Virus record (IMG/VR): IMGVR_UViG_2974729448_000001
Span: 3,318 to 67,317 of that record
Strand: one strand, 5' to 3'
Length of the DNA stretch: 64,000 bases
Source: a virus
Lineage: Duplodnaviria; Heunggongvirae; Uroviricota; Caudoviricetes; Crassvirales
Numbering within the stretch: the stretch's first letter is position 1; the number at the start of each line of letters is the position of its first letter. Position numbers and translations under genes: made by a program. This document shows positions 19,613-26,643 of the stretch, piece by piece. The notes beneath the pieces are model-generated. The model saw only the letters and a program-made list of their open reading frames with translations, was not told the origin of the DNA and ran no database searches.

Positions 19613-19682
19613 ATGTGGGGCTTATAAGGTAGCCCCAAACCTATCACCTAAAAAACACACATCATGAAAACATAGTGTGGAT

Positions 19683-19751
19683 ACATGTGGGACTTGAACC
19701 CCAACTTCACTTTGCAAAAGTGATGTGTTAGCCATTTACACTACATGACCC
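19683..19751 (-). tRNA. tRNA-like, probably degenerate (anticodon arm reads UGC/Ala but T-stem and acceptor pair poorly)
   Basis: D-arm GTGT/AAATGGCTA/ACAC and anticodon arm TCACT-TTTGCAA-AGTGA are clean. The T-stem has only 3 GC pairs (GGG/CCC) and no 7-bp acceptor could be paired by hand. Coordinates approximate. Confidence 0.3.
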
Positions 19752-19856
19752 ATATTGAGTTTTACTTTTATCCCAAATGCCAAGGTAAAAGAAAACCATT
19801 CATTAACTTGTAGTACTCCAAATTAGCAAATGTTTTATCCAAAGAAAAACCTTTTG

Positions 19857-19930
19857 TAGAGTAGAGAAGACTCGAACTTCCAATGTCTGCATCCCAAATG
19901 CAGGGGGTTAACCAATTACCCAACTACTCT
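19857..19930 (-). tRNA. tRNA-Pro (anticodon UGG)
   Basis: Acceptor AGAGTAG/CTACTCT, D-stem GGGT/ACCC, anticodon stem CTGCA/TGCAG with loop TTTGGGA, T-arm GGAAG-TTCGAGT-CTTCT. Confidence 0.65.
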
Positions 19931-19936
19931 ATGTTG

Positions 19937-20023
19937 CGGAGAATACAGGACTTGAACCTGTACATCCTTTAAGACTACTGACAGTTTAGCAAACTGCTCC
20001 CTTACCATTAGGGTTAATTCTCC
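19937..20023 (-). tRNA. tRNA-Ser (anticodon GCU), type II with long variable arm
   Basis: Acceptor GGAGAAT/ATTCTCC, anticodon stem GCAGT/ACTGT with loop TTGCTAA, ~19-nt variable region, T-arm ACAGG-TTCAAGT-CCTGT. 87 nt. Confidence 0.55.
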
Positions 20024-20211
20024 ATTTTTAGATATAATCCACAGTGACATTTATCATTTTCTCTGTAATCACTACATGGACATTTCTTATCTTCTCCTGT
20101 ATTATGACAGGGGCATTCCCCATCATTTATCTCACATCTCTTCAGGATAGAGTTTACTACTTTATCATTAGGGTTTAAAACCCAACCTTCCTTTCTTAGT
20201 ATGTTTACCAT
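20014..20211 (-). CDS. ferredoxin-thioredoxin-reductase catalytic-subunit-like (FtrC-like) CPC/CPC/CHC protein
   Basis: 65 aa from internal Met (MVNILRKEGWVLNPND...ECPCHNTGEDKKCPCSDYRENDKCHCGLYL). The GW(V/Y)LNPD...CPC(H/R)...CPC...(K/E)CHC(G/M)L(Y/F)L pattern matches plant/cyanobacterial FtrC. The track start at 20280 would overlap tRNA-Asp, so the internal start is preferred. Last 3 codons overlap the 5' end of tRNA-Ser. Confidence 0.5.
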   Translation of the reverse strand: MVNILRKEGWVLNPNDKVVNSILKRCEINDGECPCHNTGEDKKCPCSDYRENDKCHCGLYLKMEN

Positions 20212-20230
20212 AATTATTATCTTAAATTTG

Positions 20231-20304
20231 CAGTCTATGAGGGAATTGAACCCTCCATCTCCACATTGACAGTGTGGCATGTTAAACCTCTACACCAATA
20301 GACT
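20231..20304 (-). tRNA. tRNA-Asp (anticodon GUC)
   Basis: Acceptor AGTCTAT/ATAGACT, D-stem GTGT/ACAT, anticodon stem CCACA/TGTGG with loop CTGTCAA, T-arm GAGGG-TTCAATT-CCCTC. Confidence 0.65.
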
Positions 20305-20309
20305 ATAAG

Positions 20310-20383
20310 TTGCAGGGAGTGGATTTGAACCACTGTTCTCCTGTGAATGTGCACAGGTGAGATAACCACTTCTCCACCCTACG
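20310..20383 (-). tRNA. unusual tRNA with CAU-containing non-canonical anticodon loop (initiator-like features; possible pseudogene)
   Basis: Acceptor CGTAGGG/CCCTGCA with a C1.A72 mismatch. D-stem GAGA/TCTC (A11:U24). Anticodon region CCTGTG-CACATT-CACAGG folds as a 6-bp stem with 6-nt loop, or a 5-bp stem with 8-nt loop GCACATTC, never 5+7. T-arm AGTGG-TTCAAAT-CCACT. Confidence 0.45.
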
Positions 20384-20495
20384 AGACTTTGATTAACATT
20401 GATTACACTCTCTATTGCAACTTAAGAGTTTTTCAGAACCAAAGTTGTCAAATACTGCAAGATACTTGACAGTAACTTCTTGCACAGTTACTTTG

Positions 20496-20569
20496 TAATG
20501 GGTAGGGGATTTGAACCCCTAATGACTACCTTGAAAGAGTAGTGACTTAACCAATTTGTCCAACCCATC
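20496..20569 (-). tRNA. tRNA-Glu (anticodon UUC)
   Basis: Acceptor GATGGGT/ACCCATT, anticodon stem CTACT/GGTAG with loop CTTTCAA, T-arm AGGGG-TTCAAAT-CCCCT. Confidence 0.6.
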
Positions 20570-20682
20570 ATTTAGATATTCTATCTTCACAGACCAAATA
20601 TCTTAAAACAGAAAGGAGGTGTCCTTAAATTATCACTCCTGATAAATGAACCCTCTTATAATTTCAAACCAACATATTTTAG

Positions 20683-20753
20683 TACCCCCTCAAGGAGTCG
20701 AACCTTGTCACTAACTTTAGAAGAGTCATGTGCTTCCAATACACCAAGGAGGC
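20683..20753 (-). tRNA. tRNA-Arg (anticodon UCU)
   Basis: Acceptor GCCTCCT/AGGGGGT, D-stem GTGT/GCAC, anticodon stem TGACT/AGTTA with loop CTTCTAA, T-arm CAAGG-TTCGACT-CCTTG. Confidence 0.6.
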
Positions 20754-20766
20754 ATCCTTATTATTG

Positions 20767-20837
20767 TTACCCCAACCAGATTTGAACTGATAATCTAACA
20801 TCCAAAATGTTGTGTGTTACCATTACACCATGGGGCA
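20767..20837 (-). tRNA. tRNA-Gln (anticodon UUG)
   Basis: Acceptor TGCCCCA/TGGGGTA, D-stem GTGT/ACAC, anticodon stem CAACA/TGTTA (one mismatch) with loop TTTTGGA, T-arm ATCAG-TTCAAAT-CTGGT. Confidence 0.55.
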
Positions 20838-20852
20838 ATATTCCTTATCTGA

Positions 20853-20884
20853 ATTGACTTTGCAAAGGTAAGTAAAATAAGTAA
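20853..20884 (-). promoter_or_regulatory. Bacteroidetes-type promoter (-33 TTTG, 20-nt spacer, -7 TACCTTTG) for the minus-strand tRNA array
   Basis: Minus strand reads TTTG-catatattacttattttact-TACCTTTG ending ~16 nt upstream of the tRNA-Gln 5' end. Matches the Bacteroides consensus TTTG...TAnnTTTG with 19-21 nt spacing. Confidence 0.45.
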
Positions 20885-20954
20885 TATATGCAAATTATTC
20901 TGCAAATATTTTATTCAACCTATAAAAGAAATCTCCAGAAGTGAAGAATAAAGA

Positions 20955-21353
20955 CTAATCTTGATATACTCCACCTAATTTATTAGCATTTCTTTCAGTA
21001 AAGAAAGAATAATAGTTCCATTCAAAGTTGAATAGTCTTGCTATTCTTATAGCTATATTATGTAATACTGAAGGTATACCTATTAATATAAGATAAAACC
21101 ATCCAAGATACATAGATTGAACAGAGTGTCCATATTCATGTTTAATAGAAAATTCACCAGCATTTGTATTTAGGAATATATAATCCCCAAGAGAAAATGA
21201 TGAAGGAATAATCTTACTATATATTAAATACTTCTCATTATATTTACCAGCATAGTATGACCAATATCCAAGTAGATTACATAGCATAAATGCTAAGAAG
21301 TTCTGTGGAAATTGCCATATCCAAAGCAAAGTTCTAATTAAAAATTTCTTCAT
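20955..21353 (-). CDS. hypothetical membrane protein
   Basis: 132-aa ORF with several hydrophobic segments. Confidence 0.4.
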   Translation of the reverse strand: MKKFLIRTLLWIWQFPQNFLAFMLCNLLGYWSYYAGKYNEKYLIYSKIIPSSFSLGDYIFLNTNAGEFSIKHEYGHSVQSMYLGWFYLILIGIPSVLHNIAIRIARLFNFEWNYYSFFTERNANKLGGVYQD

Positions 21354-21793
21354 GTTAATTCCTTTGTTTTCTTATATCCTTCAATTAGCCCTTCTATATA
21401 TGAAGGGTCTGAAGTCCTCTCATTATCTATTCTTAAGATATTTATATTGGGATAAGCTCTTTTTATAGCTATCTCTCTGTTTAAATCAGCTTCAGTTTGA
21501 GAAGCTTCTTTGTGATATTCTCCATCCACTTCTATTATAAGTTTTATATCAGGAAGATAGAAATCTGCAATGTAGAACTTTTGTATATTACCTACCAAAT
21601 CTCTAATATAAATTATTTTTTGAAATTCATACTTTATAAAGTTTCTATCCAGAAAACTTCTAAAGTTCTTTTCAGCACTTGTACATTTAGATATTAAATC
21701 TTTTCTAAATGCTTTTGCTCTATTCATTATAATAGAATTAAGTTCTTTGCTATAACCACCTCTTTCAAGAGAGTTCATTGTTTTATGTTTCAT
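21350..21793 (-). CDS. DUF559/Vsr-like endonuclease-fold protein
   Basis: 147-aa ORF with YIADFYLPDIKLIIEVDGEYH, matching the DUF559 / very-short-patch-repair-type PD-(D/E)xK signature (vDf.lp..kl.IEvDG..H). Confidence 0.45.
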   Translation of the reverse strand: MKHKTMNSLERGGYSKELNSIIMNRAKAFRKDLISKCTSAEKNFRSFLDRNFIKYEFQKIIYIRDLVGNIQKFYIADFYLPDIKLIIEVDGEYHKEASQTEADLNREIAIKRAYPNINILRIDNERTSDPSYIEGLIEGYKKTKELT

Positions 21794-22528
21794 TAATGTA
21801 TAATATTAGCTTTAGGAATTTTATTTCCTCGCGAAATGTTAATCAATTAGATTAATATTCTTACTTGTTAAGTATCTTATAGATATAGAAGAGACCAGCC
21901 CCCTACTTTACATGGCTGGGACTCTAAGAACAAATATTCTTAGAGTTCTATAGTAGCTGTTAATGGCGGTTATATATTATTAGTTTTACTCTTGTTATCT
22001 CTGGACTGCCTTCTATTATGAAGGAAAGCCTCTGCTTCAATTACCTCTGCCCTATTATGATACCCTTTATTCTCTCATATTGGCTTGAAGACACTAACAA
22101 CATACTATATACTCCTTGTCTATAAGACTATCTCTCTGAGATTTATCTCAGTGGGGGCAAAGATATGTAAAATAAATAACATATGCAAATATTTTATGAA
22201 AGTTTAACTATTGAGTATAATATTGAAGATTAAATTAATTTTTTTTTTATTTTTTTTTTAATTTGATTTATTGCCATGAGGGAGATATAATGTATAATTA
22301 CTCCCCCCTTGTTCTTGAGTTTTGGGTTGTACCCCCTGGGTTTTGTGAAGAGGAACCAGCTCATTACTTCTCCTTTACACTTGAATTTAAAATTAAATAT
22401 TATGATCACAGTTACATTATCTCATGCTATAATTATAGCAGTATCATCTATTCTATTAATAGGTTTTACAATCTATCTATTGTTAAAGAGCAGTAAGTAA
22501 TTTACTGCTCATTACTCTTCCTATATCC

Positions 22529-22840
22529 TTGAATATTAACAATTTAAATATATACATTATGAATATCTTTAGTTCTTTGAAAGTTTATGCAGGTAAATGG
22601 AGTGTTAAATCTACAAGAGAGTTCACTTCTGAAGAGATAAATGCTGTCACTTCTGCTGAGGTTGTTCCTTCCAAGTATGGTAACTCAGTATTATTCTATA
22701 TGGTTAATGGAGGCAATGTTTATATTCCTCTGTCCAATACATCTACTGCAAGTGTAGGTGATACAGTTGATTTAACTAAGGCTACTATCATCACATTAGA
22801 AAAGCAAGGTGAGTCAGACATTATTAAGATAGAAGTATAA
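22529..22840 (+). CDS. early small protein, paralog 1
   Basis: 103-aa ORF. ~45% identical to ORF 23053..23340 (SLK.YAGKWS.KS.R.F..EEINAV.SA.VV.S..GNSV.F...G.N.YIP.SN....AVG..VDLTKA.I.TLEKQGESDI..I). Followed by its own terminator. Confidence 0.55.
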   Translation: MNINNLNIYIMNIFSSLKVYAGKWSVKSTREFTSEEINAVTSAEVVPSKYGNSVLFYMVNGGNVYIPLSNTSTASVGDTVDLTKATIITLEKQGESDIIKIEV

Positions 22841-22873
22841 GTGAGGGTAATCCCTCACTTTCTTTTTTCTTTT
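22841..22873 (+). terminator. intrinsic terminator
   Basis: Perfect hairpin GTGAGGG-TAAT-CCCTCAC followed by TTTCTTTTTTCTTTT. Confidence 0.6.
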
Positions 22874-23052
22874 ATATGATAGGAGCAAGCAATAAAAAGC
22901 AAGGCTCATTACTCCTCCTTGGAACTTGCAGTTTACACTAAGTTATTTGTTTAGAGCAAAGCTCATTACTCCCCCTTTGCCCTTGACAATACACACAATT
23001 TATGTGTAATTGTTATAATTAACATATTTCATTAACATTAAATTTTATCATT

Positions 23053-23340
23053 ATGAATGTATTTGCAAGTTTAAAGAGTTATGCAGGTAAGTGGTCACTC
23101 AAATCATCAAGAAAGTTTGACCTTGAAGAGATTAATGCAGTTGACAGTGCTAAGGTTGTTGCATCTCAGAGTGGTTATGGTAATTCTGTCATGTTTATTA
23201 TGAAGACAGGTACTAACCATTATATTCCTTGTAGCAATGACTGTACTCTGGCTGTAGGTGAATCTGTTGATTTAACTAAGGCAGAAATACTTACACTTGA
23301 GAAACAAGGTGAGTCAGATATTCTTCGGATTAAAGCTTAA
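23053..23340 (+). CDS. early small protein, paralog 2
   Basis: 95-aa ORF, paralog of 22529..22840, own terminator downstream. Confidence 0.55.
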   Translation: MNVFASLKSYAGKWSLKSSRKFDLEEINAVDSAKVVASQSGYGNSVMFIMKTGTNHYIPCSNDCTLAVGESVDLTKAEILTLEKQGESDILRIKA

Positions 23341-23394
23341 AGTAAAGCTTTAATATAACTGTGTAAATGTCTGAGTTATAAGTGGTTAACTGAG

Positions 23395-23440
23395 TGAGGG
23401 GTCTAACAAAAACCCCTCATTCCCTTACCTTTTTTATTTC
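23395..23440 (+). terminator. intrinsic terminator
   Basis: Hairpin TGAGGGG-(11 nt loop)-CCCCTCA followed by a T-rich run (CCTTTTTTATTT). Confidence 0.45.
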
Positions 23441-23922
23441 AGCATCATACAACAACAGGTTTAATACATAAACTTATTTACTGTGGAATCAACATTTACC
23501 AATGACCTGATATGGACAATAATAGCAGCTTTAGCTATAACAATAGCAGGTATAATTGCATCAAGAGATACTAAAAAGAGTTAAAATAAACCATAATTAG
23601 ATTACAGCAGAAGAACTTTAGAAGTTTTAAACTCACACAGACATCCACATGAAAGATTAGTTCTAAAGTAAATAGAGGTCAGCAAGTTACATTCAGACTA
23701 TACAATCTAATATTACATTAGCATATAATAGTAGTAATTGTACAAGACTTGGTCCATCCTACTAAAGAATATACAAGTAATAGGAACAGAAATAAGATAG
23801 AGTTGAATTAAAACAGAAAAAGTATATCTCTTATATCTAATTATATAATAACAGGAGTAGATAGGTAAAACTGTCTACTCCTTTTTACACTTTATTTTGT
23901 TCAATTTAAATCATATATAATC

Positions 23923-24126
23923 ATGGTAGTATCAATAGCAACATCACCAGTTACTTACATTCCTATGATGACAGTTCCTAACTTTCAAATAGGAGAAAAA
24001 GTAATATCTGAATTAAAAGAAATTTGTCCAGACAATGTATATACATTGGTATCTGGCAGTAATGATGATAAAGATGAAGTCAACATCCAACCTTATACTG
24101 ATTGGGATTGGAAGTTCCTACATTAA
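23923..24126 (+). CDS. hypothetical small protein
   Basis: 67-aa ORF. Confidence 0.3.
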   Translation: MVVSIATSPVTYIPMMTVPNFQIGEKVISELKEICPDNVYTLVSGSNDDKDEVNIQPYTDWDWKFLH

Positions 24127-24169
24127 ATATCAATTAAGACAAAAGCCTATAATTTAATATTATCAAAAT

Positions 24170-24427
24170 ATGAAAAGAGTAACAAGTTACGCATTGAACT
24201 GTCTTGTAGAACAAGGTATTTCAAATGAAAACATTAAGAAACTGGTTAAAGCAATTGAGAATCAAACAAGGGATAATATCTTGACGCCTGAACAGGCTAT
24301 AGAGATATTGTTAGATGGTGAAATACATGTAGAAAAGATACATCAACAAGCCACAATTGACCCTGATTCTCAACTTCCGAAGCCAATGTCTAACAAGCAC
24401 ATGAAAGCAGTTGAGGTGTATATTTAA
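24170..24427 (+). CDS. hypothetical small protein
   Basis: 85-aa ORF. Confidence 0.35.
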   Translation: MKRVTSYALNCLVEQGISNENIKKLVKAIENQTRDNILTPEQAIEILLDGEIHVEKIHQQATIDPDSQLPKPMSNKHMKAVEVYI

Positions 24428-24618
24428 TAAGCCATATGAAATATAAAATAGAATTTAAAAGTCGTTTATGGTAGAGACTATGTATATTGTGATGAATACT
24501 TTGTGGATGATTACTTTGTACAACCACTCAAACCAAATGGCACAAAATTATGCACTATTGCAAGAACTAATATAATATCCATTAAGTCTATTTAAGTAAC
24601 TAACAAATAACATTTACC

Positions 24619-24837
24619 ATGCGAAAAAGAATTAACAGAGCATGTGTTGCTTCATCAAGTAACTATACTCAATCAAAGAAAGCCCATAAAGCTATGCTTC
24701 AGGAGAACCATGATAACAATAGTGCTTTATTTCTTATAATTAACACTACTGTTTCTACTAAACCTCTTACTGATTTAGAGAGATTTGAGATAGGACTAAA
24801 GAATCATATTGAACAATATAAACTTAGAAGAGTATGA
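24619..24837 (+). CDS. hypothetical small protein
   Basis: 72-aa ORF. Confidence 0.3.
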   Translation: MRKRINRACVASSSNYTQSKKAHKAMLQENHDNNSALFLIINTTVSTKPLTDLERFEIGLKNHIEQYKLRRV

Positions 24838-25170
24838 AAAAATTAGAATACACATTAATACATATAGCAGAGTTATTACTCTCTATCTTGATAGTATTAG
24901 GATTAAATATCTTCATTGACTTGGATGGTATTAGTTTACCCCTTATCATTATCATCTATTTTTTATTACCTTCAGGAGAAAGTTTCAAATACATAAAGAG
25001 ATTATTTTAAATTATTTCTTACAAAAATGAAAACAATGCAGGATTTTAAGAATGAAGAGAGTGCTAAACAGTACTCTCTTCTCAAGTCTCAAATAGGTAA
25101 GCCATTAGGTCAGATACTGAGAGACTGTAAGAAACTAAATAAAGCAAATATAAACTAAATATTAATAAGC

Positions 25171-25383
25171 TTGGGTATGGGTCAATTAACACTAAAAGAT
25201 GTTAGAAACATTATGCTTTCCAGACTTCAAGAAATGGAAGAGAAAGAGGCATCAATGACAAAGGAAGAGAAACTTCTTAGAGATAAAAAGAGACAAGAAT
25301 CTATAAAAGGCTGTGAGTCTAATCATGACTCTGATAGATATGTATATATCAATGGACGTGAATATATAGACCACGGCTGGTAA
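25171..25383 (+). CDS. hypothetical small protein
   Basis: 70-aa ORF. Confidence 0.3.
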   Translation: MGMGQLTLKDVRNIMLSRLQEMEEKEASMTKEEKLLRDKKRQESIKGCESNHDSDRYVYINGREYIDHGW

Positions 25384-25401
25384 AAAAAAAAACAATAAAC
25401 T

Positions 25402-26106
25402 ATGGTACGGACAATTTATGTAGTATTTGTAAAAAGCAAATTATCAAATACTTTTGGCTTGAAAAGATATATGTTTCTGTGTTCATTTGATATTATAAAG
25501 GAGGGAGATATTATCAAAGACCCAAGATATTCATCACTTATGCAGGTAGTAGCAATTGATAATTGTAGTTCAAGAACACAAAAAGGATTCACCTTAGTTG
25601 ATATCCAGATTGAAACTCTAAACGGTAAACCTCTTTTATATAATGACTTTTATATTAATCAACAGAGGAATGAACTGAAAGAGAAAAGAAACATCACTAT
25701 ATCTCTTAAAGAAGCAAGGGAATGGTATAAAGGAGATAATTCTACTCTTAGAGAGATTGCATTAAAAGCTTACTCTGAAGAAGAATTAATAGGCTATTAT
25801 AATATTGCAAGAATAGTTGCTACAGGTTATTTTGGTGCTCCTACTCCTAAAAATTATATAGACAAATTAGGAGTACTGAATAAATTAGCAACATTAGCAG
25901 AATATTACAATAATGGATGGAAAATGGAAGCTGGTAAGACTGGTTATTTCCTTAGTCAAGCTCTACTGAGTACTTCAGGGGAAAAAGTAATATATATAGA
26001 TTATGAAGTCAGTATAGTACATGCAGGTGTTGTGTATTTCAAGAATGTAGAAGATATCAGAAAAGCAGTTGATATACTTAAAGATGAATTAGACAATTTA
26101 TTTTGA
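25402..26106 (+). CDS. hypothetical protein
   Basis: 234-aa ORF preceded by an A11 tract. Confidence 0.45.
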   Translation: MVRTIYVVFVKSKLSNTFGLKRYMFLCSFDIIKEGDIIKDPRYSSLMQVVAIDNCSSRTQKGFTLVDIQIETLNGKPLLYNDFYINQQRNELKEKRNITISLKEAREWYKGDNSTLREIALKAYSEEELIGYYNIARIVATGYFGAPTPKNYIDKLGVLNKLATLAEYYNNGWKMEAGKTGYFLSQALLSTSGEKVIYIDYEVSIVHAGVVYFKNVEDIRKAVDILKDELDNLF

Positions 26107-26163
26107 TATTGATATAAAGTGATTATTTAGAAGTAGCTATGTTGTGAAACATGGCTACATTCT

Positions 26164-26235
26164 GCCCTCATAGTTCAGTGGATAGAACAAGAGTTTCCTA
26201 AACTTTAGACAGAGGTTCGAGTCCTCTTGGGGGTA
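26164..26235 (+). tRNA. tRNA-Arg (anticodon CCU)
   Basis: Acceptor GCCCTCA/TGGGGGT (two G.U pairs), D-stem GTTC/GAAC, anticodon stem AGAGT/ACTTT with loop TTCCTAA, T-arm AGAGG-TTCGAGT-CCTCT. Confidence 0.6.
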
Positions 26236-26243
26236 CTAAATAA

Positions 26244-26330
26244 GAATACATAGCTTAATGGTAAAGCTTGGTGTGATAAACTGTAACTCATGTCTAACAG
26301 TGATATAGGTTCAAATCCTGTTGTATTCTT
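26244..26330 (+). ncRNA. tRNA-like element without a canonical anticodon arm
   Basis: Perfect acceptor GAATACA/TGTATTC, D-arm GCTT-AATGGTA-AAGC, T-arm ATAGG-TTCAAAT-CCTGT. The 36 nt between D- and T-arms contain no 5-bp stem + 7-nt loop; an exhaustive hand search was done. The only helix is ACTGT-(12 nt)-ACAGT. Confidence 0.4.
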
Positions 26331-26339
26331 ATTTATTTT

Positions 26340-26643
26340 GGGGCATGATTTGGTTTTGATTGCTGATTATTTGGTAAGAGAACATGCAGAGACTGATGGA
26401 GAGACATCAAAACAATAACTGACAACACTTATAGAGTTGCTGCCTAAATTAGGCTAAGCAGCACTTGCTTTGAAACAGAAAGGTGCAAACAAAGGATTTC
26501 TTGCATAGATTAATGCAAGTGGTGGATTGTGTTGATTTCTGGTCAACCCCAGTGGATAACTAACCACATCAAAAATAGTAAGCATGTGTAATTCTTTTAT
26601 TAAAGATTGGTAAGACAAGGGTTCGAGTCCCTTATGCTCCACC
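26340..26643 (+). ncRNA. ssrA: tmRNA (SsrA)
   Basis: 5' end GGGGCATGATTTGG resembles E. coli GGGGCUGAUUCUGG. 3' end GGTTCGAGTCCCTTATGCTCCACC has a T-arm plus acceptor pairing with the 5' end, including the G3.U70 wobble. Internal tag-like frame ...D-N-T-Y-R-V-A-A-TAA (26421..26447). The 64-aa minus-strand ORF 26454..26648 overlaps and is discounted. Confidence 0.75.

Larger units (their letters stand above)
22359..22978 (+). repeat. four copies of a GCTCATTACT-pyrimidine-rich motif (candidate phage promoter/regulatory element)
   Basis: GCTCATTACT at 22359, 22507, 22904 and 22961, each followed by a CT-rich tail (tctcctttac / cttcctatat / cctccttgga / ccccctttgc). Copies 3 and 4 share a longer AGCAA(A/G)GCTCATTACTCC core. 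Confidence 0.5.

Noticed and set aside
22263-22500. Overlapping small ORFs 22263..22496 and 22309..22500 at the start of the plus block
   Set aside because: They cover the leader that contains a copy of the GCTCATTACT motif and a T-tract. Two mutually overlapping frames with odd composition. More likely promoter/leader sequence.
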